A DNA stretch of 64,000 nt from the NCBI RefSeq assembly GCF_009914755.1, contig NC_060938.1. One strand, given 5' to 3'. Origin of the DNA: the human T2T-CHM13v2.0 reference genome, Homo sapiens. This document shows positions 24,855 through 38,590 of this stretch, one piece after another (the first letter of the stretch is position 1; each line of letters opens with the position of its first letter). A program made the translations under genes and the position numbers. Under the pieces are notes generated by a model. The model saw only the letters and a program-made list of their open reading frames with translations, was not told where the DNA came from and made no database searches.

Positions 24855-26929
24855 TCCTCTCTTGGTCATTTGTTTTTTTTTTTTTGATTTACAAGTATCG
24901 TTTATTCACTCACTTATTTTTGTGCAGGGATGACAAGAGAGTCACAGGAATATCCCTAAATACTTACGGTATCATTGTAAAGAGAAATAACCCAAGAAGA
25001 GAGTGAAAAAAGAACCTCCTAACCAAGGGCTGCAGTTGAGTACTAACTACTCTGTGGTGAGAAATAGGAAATTTAGTATTAAGTTAAAGCAAAATCCTTT
25101 TTAACATTTCTGAGGTCTATTCTCATGTTGATTATAAATGGGAAAAGTGAGAATTAGCTTACTTCTAACCTAGCTGCCTGTTTGGCCCTGCAAAGGATTT
25201 TAGAGATCCCCTTCATTCTGTTTATTTTATGGAAGAGGAATTTGAGTCTGGAGGAGTTAAGACATTGACTGGGCAAAGAGGCCCAACCACTCATGTTCAG
25301 ACCTCCCTGTGAGATGCCATATAAGAATATCAAGAGAAAACCTTTTACCCTCTAGGCTGTTCAACCTTAGAAATTCATAAGAGCCCCCTTAGTAGTCAAT
25401 TATGAATGATAACAATAAAGATCCATGTTCAAAGTATTGAAAGCACTGTTTCAATAACTTTCTTACAGCATGGGTGTATGACAGACCAGAGACTAAATAC
25501 GGAGTCCTAATTCTCAAGACAGTCTCAAAGGATATTCAAGATCAAATTTAGAAAATATATTGTCAGAAGCCTGTTCCCCAGAGTCACATTCAAAGATTTT
25601 TCTCAGAGAAATTTTCCTAAAGGCATGATTCTAAAGAGATCTAGTACAAGGCAAAGGATTTCGATTTTTTTTCCCCTACTACTTCCTCATCTCCACCCCA
25701 CAAGTTGACCTGGAGTCATCTTTGGTCCTTTTGAGTTTTAAGTCATCATCTTCCCTCAGGCTCAAGAGGAAGCCTGCTGTATTTTGATGAGACAACTCAC
25801 CTTTGATGTCACAGTTTTCACTCTTCAAGAACAAGGAGTCATTAGTATCTTGACATCTAACTGTATAAGTTAAAGCACTTCCTGGAAGCTCAAAGGGAAA
25901 CACTGAACTCTTAACACACAGATTCTGCTGGAAGTAAATGACTCTGCCCTATAAAAGGAGGAGAAAGAAATTCTATTTGAGTAATGCCGTTGAAATATTA
26001 AAAGAAATTCAGAGGGAAAAATATCCAAGTGAATAATATATATTGGATCTCTGGCCTCTAATTTGACATTCAGGTCAGATCAAAACTAACCCTGTGAGAT
26101 TCTGGAATTTAATGTCATATAAAAATGCTACTGGGCAAGGAACTTTATTACACATGATCATAAAAATATATGGGAGGCGCCATCTCTGGGTATTTTTCTA
26201 TCAAATCTTTACTCATTTTACAGTCTTTACAAACAGAAGCCAGAAGTGCTATATTTGAACATCTACATTTGTTGGGATTTCTTTAAAAAAAAATAAAACA
26301 AAAAGAAGAATCACATTGTATACGTGTTAAATGGTGTAGTAGTAAACCATGTTTAAAAAAGCTTCAGTTTTCATTGGTGTACAAAGCTGCTACATGTAAA
26401 TATTGGAACCACTTTTTAAAAGAGGATTGCTGCAGTCAGATTTTTTAAAATAATAAAATAATCACAAAGTTCAACATATGGTGTCTTCATGTGATTATAA
26501 GTGTGCGAGTGTGTATACATGTTTTTAATTCCTTAGGATTAGCAGAATGACAAAATGTGTGAAGAAGGATAGATGATGGTTATTTCAAGCAGCACAAGAA
26601 TTTGAGGAGGAGGTGGAGACTAAGAAGAGAGAGGAAAAAAAGATCAAGCAGGACAAGGGACATGGGTACAAGACTAGAAGAAAAGCTGGATTTCTTTAAA
26701 CTAGAAAAATCAAAGACATCTGTTCCCCTTATGGCAATAACCACATTTTTCTAGAAATTTACACATTAACATCTAAAAATGGATTTGTGCTAAAAATACA
26801 AGCTATGCTCAATGCATGACTCTTGAATGACTTTCCCCTATGATTCCTCTGTAGTCATATGGCAAGGCCATGCCCTCATCTGACATTTTTTTTAGTCAGG
26901 AAATACCAACTTCAGTTTTCTTTGATCAT

Positions 26930-27230
26930 GTGATTTCCTTGGCCTGGAAACTCTTCTCTGTCTTTCCCCCTAACCAACTCTTACTCATTCTTCTAGACTA
27001 ACTCAGCTCTTTAATCACTGAGAAAACCTTCCCTGCCTATCTTTGTCCCTTCCTTAGTTTTACTGAATTTGCCTGCCCTGTACTCTGATAGCACATTGTA
27101 TTTAAATAAACACTTACGGTCTCTCCCGCTAGGCTGTGAACTTCTTAAGTGAAAAGCCATGTTTTATTGAAATCTATATTTCTGGAACCTAACACAGTGT
27201 CCTAGATGCTCGATAAATATGTTTTGGACT
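26930..27230 (+). mobile_element. L2 3' end fragment
   Basis: ggcctggaaactctt...aactcttactcattcttc...ctaggctgtgaacttctt...cctaacacagtg...tgctcgataaatatgtt. Confidence 0.75.
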
Positions 27231-29329
27231 AAAATATGCTGCTAGTTTAATGCTCCAGTTCCTGATGAAGCCAGGGCTTTCTTTCCCAGGAGACAGTCAA
27301 CTCAGGGGGCATGTTTGGTTTAGTACCTGCCAGCGTGTTGTTGACAAACACCATATACTCTCTGTTGCAAAGCCAAAACATGACCTTTTCCACAAATGGA
27401 GTAAGCGTTTATTGGGGAATAAAAAAGTATGATGATTGTTTTTAAGTAACGTATAAACCTAAGTGTCTCAATAGAAATTGTGAGAAATATTTATTTACTG
27501 CGAGAGAAACATTTTCCTTAAGCTTTCATTGTTTTAGGTAGTCTTCGTTTTCCTGTTCCCCATCCTCCTAGGTTGAATTCCCTGATTCTGGCTGGCATGC
27601 TCATAATTTCTATGATCACAGCCCCATTGTCTGTTGGAGCTGAGGGCATTGTAAGTTTTTGTAAGCAGCCTTTGATAAGTTTTAGAGGTGTAGAGAAAGA
27701 GCTCTGTCTCCTCCCTGGGAGAATACTCCTTTCCCTACACCTCAGAGGACCAAATCATGTCTTTATTAATATGAAGCATTCATTCCAGTGGCATATTTTA
27801 TTCATTACAAGAGGATCAGTAGTTTGAGCAATCAGAGATGAATTCTAATATATGGAATCCTTTCCCGCTGAGCTTCCATGAAAGCATTTGATCCTTTTTG
27901 GCCTGCCCCCTTTGAGCTGGCTCCTTTATTAATCCTAAAGGACCAAGGTGTAAGAACTCAGGCAGGACAACTGTCTCTTTAGGCAAACCCAGGCTTTGAT
28001 CCGCTTCCCTGACACAGTGATCTCACCTCCTTTGGCTCAGTCCTCTCCTTCGTCATTGGCCCAGCTATGAGTCTGGAAGTCCCCACAGTGCCTTCTTTGG
28101 GTCAATACTATTATCGTGCACCTGCTATTTGCCTGGTGCTGTGCTAGAGACTCAGGATACAGATGTGTAGAGGGAAGAGTGTTTATTCTTGTGACCTTAT
28201 CATGGAGAGCTTTCAGATGAGATTTATTCCTACCAAATTTATTATTTGAGTGAAACTGAACAGTTCCATTCTGATAAGTAAGGGAAGAACCAGGCATACT
28301 ATGTTGCTATTCTCCACGATCTGTGTTAAGGTTTCTGTGGATGTGTGTGTGTGTCTACTTAAAGAAATGGCAGTCTATCCCTCTTACATCCTCAGATATT
28401 CACAGAGCCCCTCGGTGACATTTTTTGGCCTAGGCTTTTTAACATTCTAGAGTAGAAGAGTTGACTGGTAGGAACATTTCTAAGTGCTCTTTTGCACCAT
28501 AAAGCAAGAGGAGTGTAGCTGTTAGGGGAACTTGAGAAGTTGGTTAGTGTGTAAGTGATGTGAGAAGATTCTAAGTTTTCCAGTTTAAAAATGGAGACAG
28601 GAGGGAAATGGCCCTTTGTTAAGAAAATAATGTTAAGGTATTAAGAAAACAATATTAAGGTATAAAGAAAACCAGAGACATGAAACAGAAGTTGGACTCT
28701 GAGAGTCTTGGCGGAGATGGTGGTAGTTTTAGCCTGCATAGGTCTGGGATAGGAGTCACTTGCTGTCCACTGGCATCAGAGGACACAACGGAGTCTTTGA
28801 TGTGGGTCTGAAATGTTACAACTTCCCACCCCCACTTAAGGATGCTTGGATGGAGAATAAGAGATGTCAGTTGTGTTCTGAAAACCCTAACCTAGATATA
28901 CCTTCAGCCAAAAGAGAGACATGCTACCATGGTTATCATCCAAAGCCACTCTGTAGAATATAGCCCAAACATCATTGTGTATTAAAACATTTCTCTTTAC
29001 TGTTTTCACATAAATAGATTAATTTATACAGATTTGTATTTATTTACATATTTGTGTATATGCTGCACTAAATCCTCACTAGTGGGACATTGTTTAGGAA
29101 TCCTGGTACAGGGTGTAGTACCAACAAGGAAAACCTTCTTATTAAGCTCAGTGTCACTTGATCCATTATATTTAATGCCAGGAAGGGTATATATACAGAT
29201 TTAGAAATTACCTTATTTCTTTGTCGACTGAGATGGGTAATCTACTCAATAACCATTTAATGACAATGCACAATGTTCCAGGATGCAGAATTGAATAGCC
29301 TAGCCTGGGTCGCTCCCCTCTGAGAAGAT

Positions 29330-29830
29330 TACAGTGTAATATGATAATTATTACCATAGTGCTACCCCTGGGGCAGAGGACACTCAGAGAAGGGGTATCT
29401 GATTTAGACATGGGGATCACTACAGCTGCCTGGAGGAGAGGAAGCTTAAACTGTGTTGGGAAGTGTGAGTAGGACACAGATTGGTAAGGTGGGGGTGGAG
29501 AGGTATTCCAGAAAAAGGGCTGGGCATAGGGAGGCTTGTAGCAATCTACAATATTTGGGAAGCTATGGGTGGGTTAATACTACGGGCATTAAGTATGCTT
29601 TGGGAGGGAGTGAATGGGGATAGGATTCAGGGCACAGCTGGGCCAGGTCACGAAGTAAATAAGATCAGAAAGACTTTGAATAGCTCAGTCAGGATGGAGA
29701 TTCATCTTGAAACTAATAGCTGGAGACCTTGATTGACTTGAGAAGGAAGAGAATCATGTGATCCTATTTACACGTGGAAAGATCATGCTAGCTGTCATTT
29801 GGAGGAGGAAGTAGTTAAGGGCAGGGTAGA
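29330..29830 (-). mobile_element. L2 fragment
   Basis: cctggaggagagg...gaggtattccagaaaaaggg...ggaaagatcatgctagctg. Confidence 0.55.
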
Positions 29831-30084
29831 GATAGGCAGATATCATGAGATAACCTCCATGAAAAAAAAAAGGGTGAGGTGGCACAGGTGAAAGTAAACT
29901 TAGGAAAGTAAAGCCAGGATTCTAATGAAAGATGTTATTAATTAAACTTACTGTTTAGGAGGATGATGGAGAAACCCAGGTCCTGGCAAAAACGGTCACA
30001 CTACTTTAAAGTTTGGGACTAAGAAGGAAATGAATAGGATATCATGAAAGTAGGCTCTGTGATTTTCTTAGTTTGTAGGGAGAT

Positions 30085-30310
30085 GGTAGAACTTAGTGGT
30101 TAAGCACTTGAGCTTTGAGCTCTGAAAGATGTGAGTGGATTCCTGGCCTGATCTCATACTAGCTGCATGACCTTGGTTGACCTTCAGCATTCTCATCTGT
30201 TGAATGGGGTAATAATAATATATGACTCCAGGAGTTCTTGTGAGAATTTAATCAGAAAGTACATGTTAAATACTTTTTGGCACCTAGTAAGTGTTCAATA
30301 AATTACCACT
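30085..30310 (+). mobile_element. MIR SINE, near full length
   Basis: tagtggttaagcacttgagctttgag...actagctgcatgaccttgg...tctcatctgttgaatggggtaataata...ggcacctagtaagtgttcaataaa. Confidence 0.85.
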
Positions 30311-30573
30311 TTGCTTATTTTTATAATTGGTAATTAAAAGCCAGCAAAAGTATGCTTGTAGTGGAAAAGGCACTACAGGCACAAGTACTAATGGGGCTTG
30401 GGCTGCCAGGAAAATACCCTGTGATCTCCTTCTGATACCTGGCACACAATTTTCAGGGATCTTGGAAAACGTTTACCTCATATGCAAGTCCATGCATGGT
30501 ACCAGCAAACAGGGATCCTTGAAGAAGTGAATTCACAGCTGTCTTTACCTTCTACTATGTAACAGAATGTGAG

Positions 30574-30641
30574 ATAGAGAGAAGGAGAGGGAGGAGAGAG
30601 GGAGGGAGAGAGAGAGAGAGAGAGGAGAGAGAGAAAGAAAG
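30574..30641. repeat. Purine-only (GA)/(GGA)/(GGGA) low-complexity tract
   Basis: agagagaaggagagggaggagagagggagggagagagagagagagagaggagagagagaaagaaag. Confidence 0.9.
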
Positions 30642-33600
30642 TGACAAATTAGATTATGGAATGGAAAGTTACATTTGGGAAGGTGAAGAGTTTTGTCAAG
30701 TATCTTAGCCTTTCTTAGCCTCATTTTAAAATGATGTTGGACTAAGTCCAGCTGCAAACTGACAGCCCATGCAACTAGCACGTGGAAATATTTTAAAAAG
30801 CTGAGCCAACGTTTAAAAATTGGAAATTTGTCAATTGAGGTAGCTTCTTCCATAATAAGTTCATTTTTATTATTTATTCAAAGCTAAATAATTTTATTCA
30901 AAAATAGATTTCTGGATTCTGTTGAAAAATCCTAAGATCTGGCCAACCAGGCTCCTGCTCTTCCAAGGGCGTAAGCATTGCTGCCCCTTTTGGGCAAAGA
31001 ATCAGGTTTCTAGGTCCTCAAGGCTCATCACTTGGGGTGTGTGCTGGTCTCTCATGCCAGGTCCCCTTCTCTTATTTGCAAACTGTCTCTGTTTGATATT
31101 AAAATTTGTAATGGGGAAACACTCACTGGTTTCTAAAACCCTATGTAGATTTAAGTAGTTGATGATTCTGTGAAAAAACCAAATACCTTCTAGAGAAAAC
31201 ATACGGGTTGGGCAGAGCCCAGGTATTGATGTCCTTGATGAAACTGGTTTTTGTATTCTGAATGTTGGAGATTGAGAGATCCAAAGCCATTCTCTAAGGT
31301 TGACACCAAGGTGCAGGTGAAACCATGGGGGGCAGGTGTGGGGAGAAAGGGAAGGAGTTGAAGGAAGAAATCTACAATTACTCGGAACTCCACATCCACT
31401 CAGCTGCTGTAGAATATGAGTTGAGAGGAAATGCAGAGGAGAATCTGCTGCATAGGACCACTGGAATATAGATTGTGTTTTGGAAATGACTGATTTATCA
31501 GGTGGAAGCAGAGAATGATAAGCCAGCTCCATGCTGTTCTCTCCTTTGTCATGTTCCCCTGCCCCTGGCCCTTGGCCTTCCTCTCACTTCCCTCCCTGAC
31601 ACCCCAACTCCATGCAGCATTTGCTCCCCCTCCACCCAACTCCTCCTTGCTTTCCTGGCAGGTTCACCAAGAAACAACCGGGCCTCCATGGCAACGTGAA
31701 GACAGCTGAAAAATGGCAGCTAAATGCAGCTGCCCCTCATTTAATATCGACTCTGGCACTGACAGAACAGATAATGGGCAATAACACACCATTATGTTGT
31801 GGGAAAATGAAATGCTTCAGCAGAAGGCTGTCATGCCGGGGGGATTTATTTGTTACTGTACCAGCACCAGTTTCTATTTACTTCCCTTCCGTTCTTTTTG
31901 TTCCCTCATTTCCATGCCAGTTTCTCCCTCCTCCTGGTTTCTCTCCCATTCCTCCCTTCTATAGCTTCTCTTTTTTGTACTTCCTTTCCCTCCTCTTTTT
32001 TTTTTTCCTTCTCTCTGAATCACTTATGGATATACCAGAAAGCATACATATATAATGCAATTATTTGCATGATGACTTACAAGTTCCAAAGCACATTCAA
32101 ATACATTGCTTTTTCATTTGGAGGGTGAGGCAACCCTATGAAGACAGGTAGGGCCTAGACACTGATGTTTATTTTGCAGATTTTTAAAGGGGCTCAGAGA
32201 AGTTGAACCCAAGATCAGGCAAGTAAGTGTCAGCAGCTGCATTGCAAGTCAGATTTTCTAGCCCCTAGACAGGACTCTTTCCTTTCTACGACATGAAAAA
32301 CTTCAGAGTCACCAATTTCTACCCACTTTACTAGCACCCTATCTTCTTACTGAATAATCTGCAGGTGCAGAGAAAGTCTTCTAGGCTTTGAGACTTCAGA
32401 AGGTCTTTAGATCTTTACTTATATTGCCAGTCACTTACAGATTCTTCCAGACAAGTGCCTTTGAATTGTTGATAAGATTGGTTTATTTTTGTTTTCATTT
32501 TTACTCTTTAAACCCAAGACGTCTATCTGCTCATTACCTCCTATTGCATCATTATATAATCATGAAATCTTGGTATGCAGAAGGGCGTGGTGTGCTCTTT
32601 GACTTGAAAGTGGGGGCATTTTGGTGGCCAACAGCTTTCTGTTTTGCAAAAGACCGTGGTACATTGAGGTCCAGAGGACATCACTGATGGACTTGGCATG
32701 AGGAAAACCCTTCTCTAAGTTGTTGCTGTAGTTTAAACTTGCTTTCTTACATCCTGTTGGTTGGATTGTCATAGCACCCTCATCTTCTGTTGAAATATCA
32801 TTTAGTAGACTCTAAATTCTGGAAAGATCTGAGATCAAGTTTCTTAGTTCTTTGGGTCTTGAAAGGATTACAAATGGAGTGAGAATGGCTATTGCAAACA
32901 TGTTTTCATTTCTAGTTATGGCTGGTGAGGGAAGAACTAAATGTCAAAAAATATATGTGTACATCTGTAGAAGGTACAGTATGAGTAATGAATATAGTGG
33001 TTTTCAATCATATGAAAGAATGATTTATATTGATAAAGAGATCAATGTTTGTACTTCCCAGCAAATATTTTTTAACCTGGGATCTCTGAGCCCCTTGAAA
33101 ACATGTGCAAAATTTTGTATGGATAAGGCAATGCAGTGCAGTGTTTCAACCCACTGATGTTGAACATACTGACCAGGATTTTGGCTCTGCCACTTGCCAG
33201 ATTTGTAGCTTTAGAAAAATTACTTACACTCTTCAGGGCTTAGATTTTTGAACTAGTCTGGGACTCAGTTGAGATTTGCTATTCTGTATTGTTTCTTTTC
33301 TGTCTGTAATGCTTTGTTCTCATTCCTGCATACTGAAACTCTTCCTGCAGGTTTTTCTCTCTGGCAGCCATCCCCAGTTTTAGCTGTGGAAACTCAAGTA
33401 GGCCTCTAACAAAATGTTCTGTGGTGGTGAGAAAGCTAAGGAAAACCAGCTGCTAAAATTACAGCAAGTCTCTGGTTGCTGTTGCTTGGTTTCTTTCCCT
33501 GTATAGTTATTTCCCGTGCATGGTTCCTCAAAGTGAAATGAACCTTAGTGTCATATCACATAATCATGGAATGTTAGAACTGGCAGGAACCAGAGATGAT

Positions 33601-34596
33601 TCCATTTCTGTGGTCTGCCAGTTCAAATCCTTGCTGTGTAGAAAGCAAGTCCTTGACCAAAGGCCTGCCTTGCCAATCAGCCTCCTTGCTATTAATATAT
33701 TGTCCCTCTGACTCCTTTAACTTGTTTAATTGCGCTAAGTTCTTAAGTGGATTTACTGCCATTCCTTATCCAGATCTGAGGCTGTATGATATAAAGATAA
33801 CTAGTGTTTGTTTAGTATTTATGCCATTTTAGTAGTTATATTTTATTCTTAAAAAGTAAAAGTGACTGGTTCAGGAAATAAGTACTCTCAGGATTGAGAC
33901 ATATTTTTACGTGTTTCATTATTTTGATAAATTTTAAAATTAGATTTTGTATTAAGAAGACTGTTCAGAAATTATCCCCATTATCTCATTTTTATTCATT
34001 ATTCAAAGAAATGTAAGAAAATAATAAGCCCTTTATCTAGCTATTGGAATTTTGGAACTTCCGAGGCAACTGTGAATCTCAAGTTAGCCAGAGAAAAGGG
34101 GGCACAGAGTCTTTAAGCAAGAGGAGAAAACTGTCTCACAACCATAGTTTTTTTTTTTTTTTCCCTTGGAAAGGAATAGAGCTAGCCAGAGGACTTAGGG
34201 TCTAGTTTCCATACCAGGTGGGAGGGTTAGAGACAGCAAGTGAAATTGGTGGAGAACTTTGGAAGTTGTCAAATCTTCATTGAGTGAGAAAAATAAAGCC
34301 GGGACAGAAGTACCCCAAGGAAGACCACAGAAGGAAATCCTAACAGAACATACATAGCTCAGGAGACCAGAATCTTTTAGGTCAAAAGCAACAACCTCAA
34401 GAGAACTTAAGAAAACCAAGTGCATTCTTAAACCAGAAAAGTACACTCAGAAATCACGGAGAACTCAAGCAAAGGACTTTCAGGCACCAACCTCTCTTAC
34501 AAGCTCTATTATAGCACCAGTGAAATAATTGATATTCATGAAGATCATACAATTTTAGACTCTTTGGGTTGGTTGGAGCTTAGAGATTATCTAGTT

Positions 34597-34931
34597 CAGG
34601 GCTGCTCAAGGTGTTTCCTGCACATCAGTGCCGTCCAAGAGCTGTTTGTTACTAATCCATAAGGATATAAATATGGAAACTGAGAGTAAGCATTTAAGCA
34701 CTTTTGTAGTAATTCCATGTGTGGGAACACACAGGTGAGGGAGAGTGGACTGGTCTCATTCAAGAGGGTGTCAAACAGTTCAGCATTTTAAAACTTACTT
34801 GGTGAGTCATATGTGGCATGAGCTGGTAGTTCTTCACAGTAGGGCATGTATTGATCTGAAAGGATGGAAAAATCTAAAAAACAAAATAAAACAAAATTGG
34901 CTGTTTACTAAAAAGATCTTGTGAAGCCCCA
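34597..34931. mobile_element. hAT-Charlie MITE (Charlie18a-like) inserted into a MIR-like element
   Basis: gctgtttgttact...ggaaactgagagtaagcattta...agtggactggtctcatt...ggtgagtcatatgtggcatgagctg; 8-bp flanks atctagtt/atctagtg resemble a Charlie-type NTCTAGAN target. Confidence 0.65.
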
Positions 34932-35877
34932 ATCTAGTGAAAAAGCCTACTTTTACATATGAAAAGATAGATGATTTATCCAAGAAAATATAAAAAGATG
35001 ATGGCAGAACCCAGAATATGGGATTAATAACATTTTATTAATTAAGCAAATTATGCCCAACATACTCTGCTTCTTAAAATAGGCAAAGCATGCAACACAT
35101 TGTAGAATTAAAAAAAAAAAAAGACAAACATTTGAGACCTGTGGGCTCTTAAAGGTTGAATCATTCCTCCATGGACTTCACATTTCAAATAAGATTTTGC
35201 TATATATACACATACAACTGTATCACCCCACAGAAAACATATTTTGCACTTGAAGTTTGTTGATCTCTTGGGGCATTATTTTGTTTCTGGGAATTCTTAA
35301 AGAATATAAGGCTATGCTGGATGGCAATTTTCTGGGTCAATTGTGCCCAAGGCACTCCCTACAGCAAATTAGGTAATGAAACAACTCTTGTGGGCCCTTA
35401 TGATGCAATTTAGGGCACTATAGTGGTAATAGACTAGCTGGGGGCTCAGCAGCTAGTGGAACTCTAGGGACCTCAAAGCATGACTAAGCCTTCTTCAGTG
35501 CCCAGTTTTCTGCCGTGGGATGGTGTTAGGCCCGGGAAGAACAGAGCCTAAATGCACCCCTCTACCCACTTCCACCGGGATCTTGACGAAGGTAGGGATG
35601 CTCCTCGTATTTCCACGGTTAGATTAGGCTAATTGTCCCTTACAAGTTGAGGTTTTGAAACAACTGGAAGTGGATAGAATCACAATGGTCATATTACCAT
35701 GATAATAGCAATATCTTACATGTATACCATTGAACTTTTATCTCATTAGGTCCTCACTATAGTCTCACTATAGGCCAAGCAGCTACTTTTAGCTGCTTTG
35801 TAATAAGTAAGCCAAATAAAGGCTCAAAGATTGAACAGATTTATTGATTTTACCCCTCAGTTAAAACTAAGATCCAG

Positions 35878-36543
<666 letters not shown>

Positions 36544-36544
36544 C

Positions 36545-37240
36545 CCTCAGATTCATCCCCATGTCTCCATCTCTACTGTCACTATCCAAGTCCGTGCCGC
36601 CATCACTCATCACCTGCATAACTGCAGAAGCCTACCAATAGTCTCCCTGACTCACTCAGCTCCTCCAGTGGATTATTTACATAGCAGCCAGAGTGATCTT
36701 TTTAAAGTATAAATCATACCCTGTCTCTCTAAGCTTAAAACCCTTTAATGGTTTCCATTTTTCTTAGGATAAAGTCCAAACTTCTTGGCAAGGTTTGCAA
36801 AGCCCAGCAGGTAGCACTTGGCCACCTCTGCAACTTCCTCTTACACTGCTCTCTTGTTACTCTTGGTGCATTTGCCCCATTAGCCTTCAAATTCATCAAG
36901 CTCTTTTCTGCTCTCCCTCCCCTCCCAAAGGCTAACTCGTACTCATTTGCAGGTTTCCGTTTAAACCCTGCTTCTTCAAGAGCTTCCTTAATTCTTCATC
37001 TAAATTAGCTCCTTCTACTTTCTCTTTCCTCTTATTCCACCCTGATCTTGTCTCCACGGAGTTTTTAGCACGATTCAAAGTTACGTCCATCTGTAGGCTT
37101 TTCTTTGTTTGAGGGCCGTCTCCCTCACTACAATGCAAGATTGATGAGGACAAGCCCTATGCAGCTTTGTTCACCAGTGAATATTCACACATAGCTCTCT
37201 GCTTCAGAGTTCTCTTGCTATAAATATGTGATAAATAAAA
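36545..37240 (+). mobile_element. L2 3' region
   Basis: catagcagccagagtgatctttttaaagtataaatca...cttaaaaccctttaatggtttccatt...aggataaagtccaaacttctt. Confidence 0.85.
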
Positions 37241-38384
37241 AATGAGGGAATGATAGGCCCAAGAGGGCACAGATGGGCAAGGGTGATGTGAGATAATGCA
37301 CTCTGCTTCTGAAATAATTCCTAATTCCCTTTGGTTTTGTTCTTAAAACACAACTGGAGTTCTTAGAAGAAATATGCAATCTGGCATATAGTAAGGGCTC
37401 AATAAATGTTTGAATACATGAATTAATATGTAATGAAAGAATGAATGCCATCGTTACAAATTAGCTGAGTTCTCCATGTGTTTGTAATATTAGGATATTA
37501 CTGTCCCCAAGTTGCATTATCGACTTCCTGGCTTTCAGTGGGCCCAGTGTCCCCACATGCCTGCTCACCCCCCACTGCACTAACCTAAATAATCTCTGAT
37601 TATTTTCTTTTTCTCTTGCTACTACCAAATTCTGTTCTGAGTGAGGAAGCAGCTTGGTTAAAAAACAAAAGCCCTGATATGTATATATATTTTTTTTCCT
37701 GAAGAATACCATCAGGATGAAGGCTATGATTAATACACATAATTGCTACAAATGGCAGCTAACTGCAGAAAACCACCTCCCAGCTGTTGGAGGAAGGAAA
37801 TTGCTGACAGCCACTCCCCATTGGGTGGCTACCAAAAGAGAGGAGCTCACAGGAGCAGGAGAGAATACACATCTCCATCCCACGTGACCCATAGAGATGA
37901 CCCATAGGGCTCTGTCTTACATGTGAGCTTTGCCATAAAATGGTAGTGTTAAGAGTTTTTAGGGCTGGGGTTTACAGCCAGGCTTTCCATGGCTGGGGCT
38001 GGTTTTATAGGACATGCTGTCCTGCAGAATGAACATTTAGAATCCCTGTGGCCCAGTTGGTATTACTGCAAAACCCAGGTTGAATCCCTTCAGGAGGAGA
38101 CAGATGATTCTTGGCTGGTCAGATTTCTTCTCTCATCCTTTCCTTGTTCATTTGCCCTATTCTAATGGGATGGGGAATGCACAAACAAGGAAGAAGCTCT
38201 GGGTTGCTTCTTGGAGTCTGCTTTGTGACCTGAGCTCGACCCTTCACTTTCCTGGGCCTCAGTCTCTTCAGTCTATAATGTGAGGTGTTAGACTAGAAGA
38301 TCACTGTTTCCTTAATTTTAAGCATCTGTGTTACAAAACATACGTACAAAGTATGTGTACATATCATATTAAAATGTATATAAA

Positions 38385-38590
38385 GTTATATCTATATCTG
38401 TCTATCTATCATCTATTCTCTAGTTTCTATTAGCTTGGTGCAAAAGTAATTGCGGTTTTTGCCATTGAAAGTAATGGCAAAAACCGCAATTACTTTTGCA
38501 CCAACTTTGTATCAATTATCACCTATTTATCTTTCAACGATTATTCATCATCTATCCATCCACCTATCTATCTATTTATCAATCAATCAT
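38385..38590. repeat. Degenerate (TATC)n/(TCTA)n microsatellite flanking MADE1
   Basis: tatctatatctgtctatctatc on the left; tctatccatccacctatctatctatttatc on the right. Confidence 0.7.
38430..38509. mobile_element. MADE1 mariner-derived MITE (miR-548-type hairpin)
   Basis: 80 bp with TA on both sides; perfect inverted repeat 38435-38466 / 38473-38504 with a gaaagt loop. Confidence 0.95.

Noticed and set aside
28621-28671. 22-bp tandem duplication aagaaaaYaatRttaaggtat
   Set aside because: Ordinary short slippage duplication in AT-rich DNA.
31002-32128. Longest ORFs (176 aa on minus, 147 aa on plus)
   Set aside because: Low-complexity Leu/Ser/Pro/Phe content from pyrimidine-rich DNA; no domain or convincing splice context.
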